Under the pieces are notes generated by a model. The model saw only the letters and a list, made by a program, of their open reading frames with translations, searched no databases and was not told where the DNA came from. DNA of 64,000 nt from a virus (taxonomy: Duplodnaviria > Caudoviricetes): positions 1 to 64,000 of the IMG/VR virus record IMGVR_UViG_3300016670_000048. One strand, given 5' to 3'. Below are positions 18,690 through 28,796 of this stretch, one piece after another. The position numbers and the translations under genes were made by a program. The number at the start of each line of letters is the position of its first letter. The first letter of the stretch is position 1.

Positions 18690-20933
18690 TTGGATAAGAA
18701 GTGGTTTGAATCAGATTTTATTTATGACTTAGAAAGTTATCCAAATGTGTTCTCTATGAGTATCATCCATGCTTCCGGGAAACACATGCGAGTCTTTGAG
18801 ATTAGTGATCGTAAGAATGAGATTGAAGGGGTTGCTAAATGCTTGCGGTATCTGGTTCAGAATAAATGTCGTATGGTGGGGTTCAACAATCTTTCATACG
18901 ACTACACCCTTATCCATGAAATCATCAAGTCTCTCAAGGAAGCAAAGAAAACGGGTAAGGTTCCAAATATTACAGCTCAGAAGCTTTACAAGTTGACAAC
19001 ACAAATCATCACGAAGATGCAGTCTGAAGAAAAGTGGTACGGTATTAAAGAAGCTGACCACTTCATTCAGCAGGTGGATTTGTATAAGATCCATCACATG
19101 GATAACATGGCAAAAGCTACATCTTTGAAAATGCTGGAAGTGAACATGCGGTCTACTAACGTGGAGGATTTACCCTTCCCTGTTGGTAAGAAGTTGACAA
19201 GTGATGAGATTGATATTTTGTTGCATTATAACAAACATGATGTTAACGAAACTCTAAAGTTCTATTACTATTCCTATGAGGCGATTCAGCTTCGTAAAGA
19301 ATTGTCTGAGAAATTTGGGTTTGACTGCACAAGCTTTAGTGATAGTAAGATTGGTGAAACTCTATTCATTAATCGTCTGGAGCAAGCTCAGAAGGGTTTG
19401 TGCTACGAGTACAGTAAACACGGTGGTCGTAAGATCAATCAGACTAAGCGTGATAACGTAAAAATTAAAGATTGTCTTTTTGACTATCTAAAATTTGAAC
19501 GTCCTGAGTTTAAGGCTGTTCATGATTGGCTGAGTAATCAGACAGTGCAAGAAACCAAGGGTGTATTCAATGATTATGAAGAACATCAGATTGGAGAGCT
19601 TGCTAAATATGCTCAGATGAAAACCAAGAAGGTGTTGTTTAAGAATCGGTTGAATCTGGATAATAAAAATAAACCTAAAGCTGACTTTGATTTCACTGAG
19701 CTAGATCATCTAGAAGAACTTCAACGTCTGAAAGATGAATTCTTGAAAGAACATCCTATGGGATATTTTGAAGAGAAGGAGACTAAAACATCACGCTCTC
19801 ATAAGCTTAAGGTGACTGCATTCTATCGAGTGGTTGAGGCGATCAACACAGTAATTGATAATAAAGTGTACGTGTATGGTACTGGCGGTATTCACATGTC
19901 TATTGAAAGTGAGACTGTGAGAGCGGATGGTGAATGGACTATTATCGACGCCGATGTCACTTCGATGTATCCGTCGATTTCGATTGCTAACAACGTGTAC
20001 CCCGAACATCTTGGTATTACCTTCTGTAAGGTATATAAGGATCTGTTTATGGAGCGTGGTAAATATCCAAAAGGTAGCGGTCCAAATGGTGCAATTAAGC
20101 TTGCTTTGAACTCTGTGTATGGTAAGTCCAATAGTGAGTTTAGTCCGCTTTATGATCCGAAATATACATTAACTATCACTATTAACGGACAGCTTTGTCT
20201 ATCGATGCTGGCTGAAAAACTGATTGGTCTTGGCTGTAAGATGATTCAGTGTAATACTGATGGCGTGACAGCTTTGGTTCCACGTAATAAAGAATCTGAG
20301 TATTATGAAATCACAAAAGCTTGGGAAAAAACTGTTGGACTTCAGTTGGAGTATGCTGTATATTCAATGATGGCACTTTCTGACGTCAATAATTATTTGG
20401 CTATTTATGAAGATGGTAAAGTAAAAAGTAAAGGTCGTTATGAAGTAGCTCACTTTGAAAAGCTTGGATGGTCTAAAAACCATTCTGCCATGATCGTACC
20501 AAAGGCTGCGTTGGATTATATTGTCTACGGTAAGGACATTGAAGAAACCATTCGTTCACACAAGGATGAATTTGACTTTTTACTCCGCGCCAAAGTACCT
20601 CGTAGCTCAAAGTTGTATCTGTGCTATGAAGATGGTCGTGAGGTCCAACAACAGAACATTTGCCGCTACTACCCATCTGAGAACGGTGGTAAGCTTGTAA
20701 AGCTGATGCCTGCATTGGTCGAAGGGGGTGAATGGCGTAGACTTGGGATGGATACTGACTGGACGGTAGAGACGTGCAATAATATTGCTGAATTTGACTG
20801 GAATAAACTTAACTATGATTATTACATCAAGGAGGCTCAGAAGCTGATTGATGGTGTGGGGATGAGGAAAGAAATTGAAAATAATGCTTTACAGGTTGAT
20901 GAAATCGTGTCAGAATTGATGCATGAAAAATAA
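18690..20933 (+). CDS. DNA polymerase, family B (TTG start at 18690)
   Basis: Exo motifs DLE / FNNLSYD / YNKHD; polymerase motifs DVTSMYPS, KLALNSVYGK, NTDG; AAGGAG SD. Confidence 0.92.
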   Translation: MDKKWFESDFIYDLESYPNVFSMSIIHASGKHMRVFEISDRKNEIEGVAKCLRYLVQNKCRMVGFNNLSYDYTLIHEIIKSLKEAKKTGKVPNITAQKLYKLTTQIITKMQSEEKWYGIKEADHFIQQVDLYKIHHMDNMAKATSLKMLEVNMRSTNVEDLPFPVGKKLTSDEIDILLHYNKHDVNETLKFYYYSYEAIQLRKELSEKFGFDCTSFSDSKIGETLFINRLEQAQKGLCYEYSKHGGRKINQTKRDNVKIKDCLFDYLKFERPEFKAVHDWLSNQTVQETKGVFNDYEEHQIGELAKYAQMKTKKVLFKNRLNLDNKNKPKADFDFTELDHLEELQRLKDEFLKEHPMGYFEEKETKTSRSHKLKVTAFYRVVEAINTVIDNKVYVYGTGGIHMSIESETVRADGEWTIIDADVTSMYPSISIANNVYPEHLGITFCKVYKDLFMERGKYPKGSGPNGAIKLALNSVYGKSNSEFSPLYDPKYTLTITINGQLCLSMLAEKLIGLGCKMIQCNTDGVTALVPRNKESEYYEITKAWEKTVGLQLEYAVYSMMALSDVNNYLAIYEDGKVKSKGRYEVAHFEKLGWSKNHSAMIVPKAALDYIVYGKDIEETIRSHKDEFDFLLRAKVPRSSKLYLCYEDGREVQQQNICRYYPSENGGKLVKLMPALVEGGEWRRLGMDTDWTVETCNNIAEFDWNKLNYDYYIKEAQKLIDGVGMRKEIENNALQVDEIVSELMHEK

Positions 20934-20948
20934 AAATGGGATAAATAA

Positions 20949-21587
20949 ATGAGGGGTATAAGTAAGAACAGAGGTCTGACATATGGTCTAGGAATAAATG
21001 ATGCAGATTATGTCACTTGTAAGACTGAAAAGTATATGGATGCCAATGGTAAACAAAGGCAACGGCAAATTTGGCATTGTCCATTTCACTTAGTCTGGAC
21101 TAAATTGATTTACAGATTTAGTCCAGAATGGTTAAATAAGTATCCGACCTATGAAAATGTAGATTTATTTTCCGATTGGATATACTTTTCAAAATTTAAA
21201 TCTTGGATGGAGACACAAGATTGGGAAGGTAAACAGCTAGATAAAGATTTGCTTTCAGGAGAAAATAAGATATACTCACCAGACACTTGTATTTTTATTC
21301 CACAAGAATTAAATAAGTTTCTGATAGATTTTCAAAGGAAAGGTCAGAATTCAGAACTGCCAAAAGGTGCCTACCCAACAACAAGCGGTAGGTTTATGAG
21401 TAAAGTTTCTAATCCTTTTAGCGGCAGATTAGATTATTTAGGCTATTTTGATACAGCTGAGGAGGCTCACATTGCTTGGAGAGGAAGAAAGTTAGAGTTC
21501 GCCCTATTATGGGCAGAGAAGATAAATGATGAACGAGTAACAAAATCTTTAGTAAATAAATATCAAAATTATGAGGAATCAAAATGA
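20949..21587 (+). CDS. putative HNH homing endonuclease with C-terminal AP2-like domain
   Basis: YGLGIND, QLDKDLL...YSPDTCIFIP..LN, GYFDTAEEAHIAW; free-standing right after the polymerase. Confidence 0.75.
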   Translation: MRGISKNRGLTYGLGINDADYVTCKTEKYMDANGKQRQRQIWHCPFHLVWTKLIYRFSPEWLNKYPTYENVDLFSDWIYFSKFKSWMETQDWEGKQLDKDLLSGENKIYSPDTCIFIPQELNKFLIDFQRKGQNSELPKGAYPTTSGRFMSKVSNPFSGRLDYLGYFDTAEEAHIAWRGRKLEFALLWAEKINDERVTKSLVNKYQNYEESK

Positions 21588-21748
21588 AAAATGCAATCTA
21601 CGCAGTAATCGAGAAAGCAACTGGTCTGACTCTTGAAGCAACCACTACACGCGAATCTGCACGAGAAATTAAGCGTGAGTTTGAAAGTTATAACTCTGGA
21701 AATCAATTTCAGATTGTACAGTTTGTTAAAAGCAAAGTAGTACGTTAA
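21584..21748 (+). CDS. hypothetical protein (54 aa)
   Basis: Hand translation MKNAIYAVIEK...; GAGGA SD. Confidence 0.65.
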   Translation: MKNAIYAVIEKATGLTLEATTTRESAREIKREFESYNSGNQFQIVQFVKSKVVR

Positions 21749-21749
21749 G

Positions 21750-21995
21750 ATGGGCAGCGTAACCTTACGAGACACAGTAGAAAAAGTTGGTGATGCGTCA
21801 ATCTCCACTGTAGAATATATCTTCTCAGATATCCAAGACTTTCTACTTTGGGAAGCCAGTAAACGAGATGCTATGAATCAGGCTGTGAAGAGCTTTGTTG
21901 ATAGTCAATTGTTTAGTGGGTTTGATGCTACAGAACCTGTTGAAGAAACGGCTGTAGTGGATATTAATGTAGGGAAGAAGGAGACGAAACATTGA
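21750..21995 (+). CDS. hypothetical protein (81 aa)
   Basis: ORF track. Confidence 0.65.
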   Translation: MGSVTLRDTVEKVGDASISTVEYIFSDIQDFLLWEASKRDAMNQAVKSFVDSQLFSGFDATEPVEETAVVDINVGKKETKH

Positions 21996-22086
21996 AAGAA
22001 TTTAGCTTCGGCTAGATAAACGAGTCTTAAAATACTCAACGTAAAAATGTGAACTAAACTATACACAACTAAATAGAGAAAATTAA

Positions 22087-22788
22087 ATGACTAAGAAAAC
22101 AGAAGTGATTGTTCGTGATCTGCCTAAATCGGGCACCTTGGAGACAGCTAATGTCTACATCAAAAATGCTGTAGTGTTCTATGCAGCAGTACACGAACCG
22201 AAACTTAAATACCAATCACAGGAGAAAGAGTTTAGCGCAACTGTCTTTGTGGATGAAGAGGCTAAAGATCGACTGCTTGACGAAGTGATGGTTAACAAGT
22301 CCTTCTCTCAAGTTGGTATCACCAAAACTTCTAAGCCACCACGAAAAATTAAATTCGCATTGTCTTCGCAAGTTGAAGAAGGTAAAGCAAATTATGATCT
22401 GGTAGATGGTTTGTGGGGCTTCAACATTGCCAAGCCTGAGTTTAGTAAGAAGGGGCTGCCGATGTCTGTTAACGTGATTGACGCAGAAGGTAATGCATTC
22501 ACTGAAAACGTGGGTAATGGTTCTGTCGTTAATCTGAAGCTGTTTGGTTATAAGAATCAGGACGGTCAACTTACTGTTACATTGGATACTGTTCAAGTGA
22601 TTGAGCACGTAGCTTATGAAGGTAAAGGTTCGTCTGATTCGGTTGATGATGATGTCTTGGGTGTTAGTTATAAGGTGAAGAAAACTGAGGCTAAGCCTGC
22701 TGAAAAAGAAGAGGAAGCTCCAGCACCAAAGGCTAAAGCTGCTCCAGTAGAACTGGATGAAGATGAGGAAAGTCTGCTCCCGTTCTGA
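22087..22788 (+). CDS. single-stranded DNA-binding protein (T7 gp2.5-like)
   Basis: NGSVVN motif; acidic tail ending in ...EDEESLLPF; position in replication module. Confidence 0.75.
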   Translation: MTKKTEVIVRDLPKSGTLETANVYIKNAVVFYAAVHEPKLKYQSQEKEFSATVFVDEEAKDRLLDEVMVNKSFSQVGITKTSKPPRKIKFALSSQVEEGKANYDLVDGLWGFNIAKPEFSKKGLPMSVNVIDAEGNAFTENVGNGSVVNLKLFGYKNQDGQLTVTLDTVQVIEHVAYEGKGSSDSVDDDVLGVSYKVKKTEAKPAEKEEEAPAPKAKAAPVELDEDEESLLPF

Positions 22789-22809
22789 TCTAACAACTAG
22801 TTCAATATA

Positions 22810-22834
22810 GCTGCCCGAAAGGGCAGCATCTTTT
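22810..22834 (+). terminator. GAAA-loop hairpin / terminator after SSB
   Basis: GCTGCCC-GAAA-GGGCAGC followed by ATCTTTT. Confidence 0.6.
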
Positions 22835-22854
22835 AAGAATTTAAGGAGAGACAA

Positions 22855-23127
22855 ATGCAACTTACAGAAACAGAAATGTTTGTTATCATGACAGAACGAT
22901 TCTACAACTACCAGAATGCTTCTGAGTTTAAAGAACAAAAAGCTTTCGCAGAAACTCTTAAGTCTTTTGTAGAGCTGTTCACTAAAGGTCATTCTACAAT
23001 CAAACCTAAAGAAGATCCGAAGCCAACAGATCCTTACGCACTTCTTTTGATGCAACTTGCTCAAGCTACAGTGGAAGGTAATCTAGAAGCTGTGACTGTA
23101 TATTCCCAAGCACTTCAACGCATTTAA
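22855..23127 (+). CDS. hypothetical protein (90 aa)
   Basis: AAGGAG SD. Confidence 0.75.
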   Translation: MQLTETEMFVIMTERFYNYQNASEFKEQKAFAETLKSFVELFTKGHSTIKPKEDPKPTDPYALLLMQLAQATVEGNLEAVTVYSQALQRI

Positions 23128-23146
23128 TTAAAACTAGGAGAGACAA

Positions 23147-23401
23147 ATGACTGACACAAACGTAATCGTAGTAAACACCGAACTAACCAAAGGTTACTTC
23201 ACTGAGCTGGCTAAAGTGATGACCAAGATTGAAGTAGAAAAGATTCGTGCAAAAGAGATTGTAGATACAGCTAAAGAATCTGGTATTGATGTAAAGCTTC
23301 TCAAGAAGGCTGTTGCTCTCTATGTCAAAGAAAGTTTTGAAGAAACTGTAAAGCTCAATAATGATGTAGAAGAGTTTTACAAAGCTGTAACTACTGTTTA
23401 A
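23147..23401 (+). CDS. T4 DsbA / GapR-like dsDNA-binding protein
   Basis: KEIVDTAKESGIDVKLLKKAVALY...EEFY resembles the DsbA/DUF2312 pattern. Confidence 0.6.
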   Translation: MTDTNVIVVNTELTKGYFTELAKVMTKIEVEKIRAKEIVDTAKESGIDVKLLKKAVALYVKESFEETVKLNNDVEEFYKAVTTV

Positions 23402-23408
23402 ATTGAAT

Positions 23409-23430
23409 GGGCTCGAAAGAGCCCTTATTA
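23409..23430 (+). terminator. GAAA-loop hairpin / terminator
   Basis: GGGCTC-GAAA-GAGCCC-TTATTA. Confidence 0.55.
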
Positions 23431-23454
23431 ACAAATTAACAAGAGGAGAAAGTT

Positions 23455-23757
23455 ATGGGTGTTGACGTTTCCGCAATGACATATATCGGTAAGTATGTAG
23501 ATGATGCAGAACAATACTTTATTGATAAAGGTCTACTGCAAGAGGGTGAACTGGAAGAGAAGTATTATGGTGATATCGGTGACATGGAGGGCTTCCCACT
23601 AGAAGCTCAAGCGATTAGTTATTACTCAGACCAAGGTTACTATGTTGGATTTGAAGTGTATCCTTCTAGCTACAAAGATTTTGATGGATTGATTGCTAAG
23701 TTCAAAGAGATTACAGGTGATGATGCTGAAGTGTGCTCTTTTGAACAGTGGCATTGA
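23455..23757 (+). CDS. hypothetical acidic protein (100 aa)
   Basis: GAGGAG SD. Confidence 0.75.
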   Translation: MGVDVSAMTYIGKYVDDAEQYFIDKGLLQEGELEEKYYGDIGDMEGFPLEAQAISYYSDQGYYVGFEVYPSSYKDFDGLIAKFKEITGDDAEVCSFEQWH

Positions 23758-23769
23758 GGAGAGTTTAGA

Positions 23770-24822
23770 GTGACTTATGAACTTGTCTTACTGGATGCGG
23801 ATACTCCCGTTTTCAAGGCTGCAAAGTCTGTGCAACAAGATTACATTATCGTAACCCGTAAGTCTGATGGTGCAACAAAGCGATATAAGAATAAAACTGA
23901 GTTCTGGGGTCATCACAAAAAGAAAGAAGGTGGTGAGCTTGCAAAGAACAATCTTATTCGAATTGAACGTGGTCTTGAACCAAACAAACCAGAAGATTAC
24001 GAAGTTGAAGAATGTGCTGAGTTGGTTCCTGAAATAGAGGATCACGTAGCAGCAGGAGTGGAGCAATTTGACCGTTTCGTTGGGAAAATTAAGGGTCTAA
24101 ACCTTGCTGAAGACTACAGGCTAGGCATTGGCGGGAGTGGTAACTTTCGCTACGAAATAGCCCAACAATTACCCTACAAAGGCGCTCGAAAGGACAAGCC
24201 ACTTCTGTTCCTAGAGATTAAAGAGGCTATCATTAAGAAGTACCGAAACAAAGTTGTAGTCGTAGATGATGAGGAAGTTGACGATTGGTGTTCAATCAAA
24301 GGTTATGAGAACTACAAACATTTCCTTAAAACTGGTGAGTGGAAGTACGTCCTTGGATTTCTTGATAAGGACATCAAACAAGTGATTTCTCCACAGTTTA
24401 ACTTTGATGATCAGTTTCCAGAAGTTATTATTCCAACACCGTTTGAGGCAGCCAAGTGTTTTGCAAGTCAGTGTCTGAGTGGGGACTTAACCACCGATAA
24501 CATTCTTGGGTTACCAAACTTCACCAAAGAAATTCAAGAGAAGTATAGTTTGGGTGGAACACGAGGTATTGGCAAAGCAACTGCACTGAAGTATCTTGAA
24601 GGTTGTGAAACTGTTAAAGATTTATTTGAGCGAGTCGTTGAAGCTTACAAGAGTTACTACGGTACTGAGAAACAAGAGTTGGTGTCTCATGACGGTAAAG
24701 CTTTGATGTGGGATTATCTGGACTTTTTGCAAGACAGTGCCCAGCTTCTGTATCTGCGGAGGGAGGAAGGTGAGATGTATCATATTTGTACAACTTTGGA
24801 TAAATTGGGGATTGAATATTGA
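23770..24822 (+). CDS. 5'-3' exonuclease (T7 gp6 / FEN-like)
   Basis: LLDAD, NFRY...PYKGAR, EEVDD, DKD, GDLTTDNILG motifs. Confidence 0.88.
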   Translation: MTYELVLLDADTPVFKAAKSVQQDYIIVTRKSDGATKRYKNKTEFWGHHKKKEGGELAKNNLIRIERGLEPNKPEDYEVEECAELVPEIEDHVAAGVEQFDRFVGKIKGLNLAEDYRLGIGGSGNFRYEIAQQLPYKGARKDKPLLFLEIKEAIIKKYRNKVVVVDDEEVDDWCSIKGYENYKHFLKTGEWKYVLGFLDKDIKQVISPQFNFDDQFPEVIIPTPFEAAKCFASQCLSGDLTTDNILGLPNFTKEIQEKYSLGGTRGIGKATALKYLEGCETVKDLFERVVEAYKSYYGTEKQELVSHDGKALMWDYLDFLQDSAQLLYLRREEGEMYHICTTLDKLGIEY

Positions 24823-25907
24823 CGGAAGAAGTAAAATGCTATTTGTACTGGATTAGGACGGAGGAAATGACTGACATCTTTACACAAGGTTATGTAGGTA
24901 TCAGTGTGAAACCAGACTACAGGTTCTCTCAGCACAAAAATAAAGCTAAGGTTGGTAAAGTTTATAACAAAGCTTTCCTTAAGGTGTTGAAAGATGGGAC
25001 AGCAATTCAGCAGATTATGTTGATAGGCTCGGTAAGCTATTGCAAGGAGGTAGAAAACAAACTGAGACCTTTATTTTATATTGGTTGGAATGTTGCTCCC
25101 GGAGGGGGTGCTGGTGGAATTTATAAACACGGACTGTCAGGCAGTAAAATCAAAGGTATATATTATAATATACTTACAAAGATAAGAGAATCTGGGGCTA
25201 GGCTTTGTGATGAGTGGAATGACAGTGAAAATGGACTTGTTAAATTCAGTGAGTTTTACGAAGATAACGTTGGTAAGAATCAATGTATATCTATAGCAGG
25301 ATTAGACTTCATTGGTCCCAATACTGTTAAGATACAGAGTCAACAAGAGGTTGTTGCAGATACTAAAAGAAGCTTACTTTTTCAGGGGGAGATCTACACT
25401 TATAAAGAACTTGGAGACAAGTTTGATATAAAACCAAATACTCTTGTATGGCGTCTGCGAAGGGGTGAGACTTTAAACCAAGCTTTACGGCTTGAAGATA
25501 AACCCAAGCGTACTGTTAGGTTAGGTAAGCGGGAGTACGTATACAATGGAAGATTAACAGAAGATCAACTGATCATTTTTAAAAATGATGTAGAATCCGG
25601 TATCCCTTTACTGCATCTGGAAGACAAGTTTGGGATGGACTCAGGTAATCTGAGTAGGGTTGCTGCTAAACTAGGGATAAAAATTCCAAGAGTTTTTATG
25701 GAAGATATGTTGGGTGGAGAATTTGAAGTGGTCTCTCATTCAAAACTTGATGTGGAGTCTTACGAGTTAGCTAAAGAATTGCTTTTAAACGGCACTCAAA
25801 AATACAAAATAGCTGAGGAATTGGGCATCACACCTTCCTCCATGACAGATGTTTGTAAAAGATTAAGATGGAGTGAGTATGTCGAACAGCAAAGAGCCTT
25901 GGGGTGA
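24819..25907 (+). CDS. putative GIY-YIG homing endonuclease with degenerate HNH-like segment and HTH domains
   Basis: CYLYWI...GYVGI...R..QH...E...GWNVAPGG, then HGLSG...LCDEW...TLVWRLRRG. Confidence 0.75.
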   Translation: MTEEVKCYLYWIRTEEMTDIFTQGYVGISVKPDYRFSQHKNKAKVGKVYNKAFLKVLKDGTAIQQIMLIGSVSYCKEVENKLRPLFYIGWNVAPGGGAGGIYKHGLSGSKIKGIYYNILTKIRESGARLCDEWNDSENGLVKFSEFYEDNVGKNQCISIAGLDFIGPNTVKIQSQQEVVADTKRSLLFQGEIYTYKELGDKFDIKPNTLVWRLRRGETLNQALRLEDKPKRTVRLGKREYVYNGRLTEDQLIIFKNDVESGIPLLHLEDKFGMDSGNLSRVAAKLGIKIPRVFMEDMLGGEFEVVSHSKLDVESYELAKELLLNGTQKYKIAEELGITPSSMTDVCKRLRWSEYVEQQRALG

Positions 25908-26412
25908 GGGAACACCTTGGAAAAACTCAGTGGCTTTCTTTACTTATCTAAGGGGGTGTCTTCGTAAGGCTTGGTCAAATAACCCGATCAAACACAACCT
26001 TATTAAAAAAGTTCGGAAACAGATTGAGAACCCAAATCCTAACGGAAAAAAGAAAACAGTATTTGGCTTTACCTGTGAACTATGCCATAATGATTTTGTC
26101 TTATCTCAGGGGCAGGTAGATCATAAAACACCTGCTGGTAGTCTGAGAAAAACGGAAGACATTCAAGGATTTGTAGAAAGACTGTTGTATGTAACTGAAG
26201 ACGACTTGAGGTTGATTTGTAAGGGTTGTAATAGTTGTCTCAGCTATGCAGATAAAGAGGGTATCACATTCGAGACAGCAAGGGTAGAGAAAGCTGTAAT
26301 TGAAATATGTAAGAATAAACAAGATAAACAGTGGCTCTTAGATAAAGGTATAACTCCCCTAGGAAATGCCAAACTAAGGCGACAACAAATTACTGAGGAG
26401 ATGTTGAAATGA
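25879..26412 (+). CDS. HNH-type endonuclease (CxxC...VDH...CxxC), probably a conserved core gene
   Basis: FTCELC...QVDHKTP...LICKGCN; GGAG SD before ATG 25879. Confidence 0.8.
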   Translation: MSNSKEPWGEGTPWKNSVAFFTYLRGCLRKAWSNNPIKHNLIKKVRKQIENPNPNGKKKTVFGFTCELCHNDFVLSQGQVDHKTPAGSLRKTEDIQGFVERLLYVTEDDLRLICKGCNSCLSYADKEGITFETARVEKAVIEICKNKQDKQWLLDKGITPLGNAKLRRQQITEEMLK

Positions 26413-27299
26413 CTAACAAAATCACTAAAGAATTTCTATTTACAGAACTGAGCATTAAAATTGCAACGTTAGAAATGAAGATAGATAAAGTGTTGGAACT
26501 GCTAAATCAACCTGAATATGAAGTTACCAATGTAATCAATATCTCTGATCATACTCACAGCGCAATCATCCCAACAGATGAAGAATTTACGGAGCAATTC
26601 AAATGATTAAAGATTATTGGACATCAATCTTCTGGTGTGAGTTTGTTCAGTTTAGCGTGTTCTTCGACATCTGGACACAACAACTTGGTGTTTAGCTTGA
26701 GAGGTGTGTATGGGAACTATAACAGAACTCTTTCCAAAGAAAACTGTTGGAGAAATCACTGTAGAAGTTGATCCGCTGACTTATTGGAAATTGCGGAATG
26801 ATTTAATTAGTGATGAGTTTGTGAAATACAACGCTTATGAGAAACAAGAAATTCTTGATACGATTTTAAATATGAATTTCGAGCTTTACACTTTGGTACT
26901 TAAATTGAGGGAGAGACTTGGTGAGTGAAATTAAAGAAAGGGTTTTCAAACTTCCTCCTAGATATGCAAATCAGGAGTCTTTGACAACTCAAGAGAAGGA
27001 AATGTTAAACTACTATAAATCCTTTGCAGATGAAAATGGCATCAGGATTTCCTACGATAAAGAGTTAGATGTAGCACTTGTAATCTTTACACCAAATTAT
27101 TAATTAGGAGAATAACTTGAAAACTGAATTATTGAATAGTGGGGAAACGTCACCCCTTGGTAAGTCTGCCTATGATGAGATTGTTATTGGTGATGGTCTA
27201 GTACGATGCTTCCGTAACAATCTTTGCTACGCAACTTATTCACTTGATTGTTTTGATTCAACAACTACGCAGTCTTTCACTATTAAAGATCAGGAGTAA
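26409..27299 (+). other. small ORFs 26409..26606, 26710..26928, 26918..27103, 27117..27299
   Basis: ORF track; SD motifs. Confidence 0.65.
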
Positions 27300-27303
27300 T
27301 GGT

Positions 27304-28068
27304 TTGAAGCATCTAATCATCGCAGATACACAAGTTAAGCCGGGACATGATCTTAGTTATCTTTCTGCTATTGGCGAGTACATTGCACACAAGAAGCCAG
27401 ATGTTATTATTCATATTGGTGACCATTGGGATTTCGAAAGCCTTAGTTCTTACGACAAAGGTAAGAAGAGTTTCGAAGGACGCCGTGTGAAGGCCGATTT
27501 AGAAGTTGGTCATGAAGGTATGCGCTTGATTATGGAGCCTATTTGGCGGGTACAAGAGAATCAGCGTAAGGCTAAAAAGAAAGCTTATAATCCCCGACTG
27601 GTATTTTGTACCGGAAACCATGAGGCAAGAGCTGACCGATTTGCAAACGATAATCCAGAATTCACAGGCTTCCTTGGGACCGAACAACTCGGGCTTGATA
27701 AGTACGGATTTGAAGTCTATCCTTATTTGCAACCTGCTGTGATTGATGGTATTAACTACGTCCATTACTTGGCTAACCCATTTACAGGCAAGCCTTATGG
27801 TGGTAATGCACTTAATCAGTTGAAGAACGTCGGTTGTTCATTTGTTGTTGGTCACAAACAATTGCTTGATTGTGCTATTCGCCCAACGCTTGAAGGTAAG
27901 ATGCAGATTGGTATTATTAACGGTGCATGTTATCCTTTTGATGAACCATACAAGGGTTACGTCGGAAATTTTCATTTCCGTGGCTTGACAATGCTGCACG
28001 AAGTTAAAGATGGGTTTGGTCTTCCTTCATTTGTTTCTCTTGAATATATTATGGAAAAGTATGCCTAA
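27304..28068 (+). CDS. calcineurin-like metallophosphoesterase (TTG start at 27304)
   Basis: IADTQ, IGDHWD, GNHE, GH motifs; AGGAG SD. Confidence 0.85.
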   Translation: MKHLIIADTQVKPGHDLSYLSAIGEYIAHKKPDVIIHIGDHWDFESLSSYDKGKKSFEGRRVKADLEVGHEGMRLIMEPIWRVQENQRKAKKKAYNPRLVFCTGNHEARADRFANDNPEFTGFLGTEQLGLDKYGFEVYPYLQPAVIDGINYVHYLANPFTGKPYGGNALNQLKNVGCSFVVGHKQLLDCAIRPTLEGKMQIGIINGACYPFDEPYKGYVGNFHFRGLTMLHEVKDGFGLPSFVSLEYIMEKYA

Positions 28069-28795
28069 AAAGATTGATTTGACTGGAATGGTTTTTGGTA
28101 GATTAACAGTATTAAAAGAGTCTGAAACCAAAACAAAAGACAATAAATACTGTTATGATTGTATTTGCAGTTGTGGTAATACTGAGATTGTGACTAAGAC
28201 TGCAAGCCTACTGCGTTCTGGTCAAAGTAAATCTTGTGGTTGTCTGCAACGTGAAAATGCAAAACTTCAAGCTAACAACAATACAGGAGTCCCTCGTAGC
28301 CACGGAATGACAGACAGTGTTACATACATCTGCTGGAGGAATATGAAGGCAAGGTGTGATGACCCAAATCACCAAGCTAAACAGAACTACGGTGATCGTG
28401 GAATCACTTACCCTGAAAGCTGGAAAACATTTGAAGGCTTCTTTGAAGATATGGGAGAGAATCCAGAAGGTTTTACTCTAAACCGTAAGGATGTTAATCT
28501 GGACTACAGCAAAGATAACTGTGAGTGGGTTGATAATGTACGACAAGGCAGGGATAGACGTAAGCCTTCATCTGGTGTAACATCTCAGTATAAAGGAGTG
28601 TCTTATAACAAAGACTGTGGGAAATTCAAAGGCAGTTTTAGGTACGATGGTGTAATCTATCATCTGGGGTATTCTGAAAGTGAACTAGAGCTAGCCTTAC
28701 GTTATGATGCTAAAGTTATTGAAGTTGTTGGTGATAATGGAGGCACTAACTACCAACTTGGACTTCTGCCTGAAGAGTTTTATAAGGAGAGCTAA
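28061..28795 (+). CDS. putative HNH homing endonuclease with AP2-like domain
   Basis: DLTGMVFGRLTV, CSCG, SCGC, HGM...W.NMKARC, TLNRKD..LDYSKDNCEW, SQYKGV. Confidence 0.82.
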   Translation: MPKKIDLTGMVFGRLTVLKESETKTKDNKYCYDCICSCGNTEIVTKTASLLRSGQSKSCGCLQRENAKLQANNNTGVPRSHGMTDSVTYICWRNMKARCDDPNHQAKQNYGDRGITYPESWKTFEGFFEDMGENPEGFTLNRKDVNLDYSKDNCEWVDNVRQGRDRRKPSSGVTSQYKGVSYNKDCGKFKGSFRYDGVIYHLGYSESELELALRYDAKVIEVVGDNGGTNYQLGLLPEEFYKES

Positions 28796-28796
28796 A

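Noticed and set aside
22216-23064. 282-aa minus-strand ORF
   Set aside because: Antisense shadow of the SSB region; no SD and no protein-like composition.
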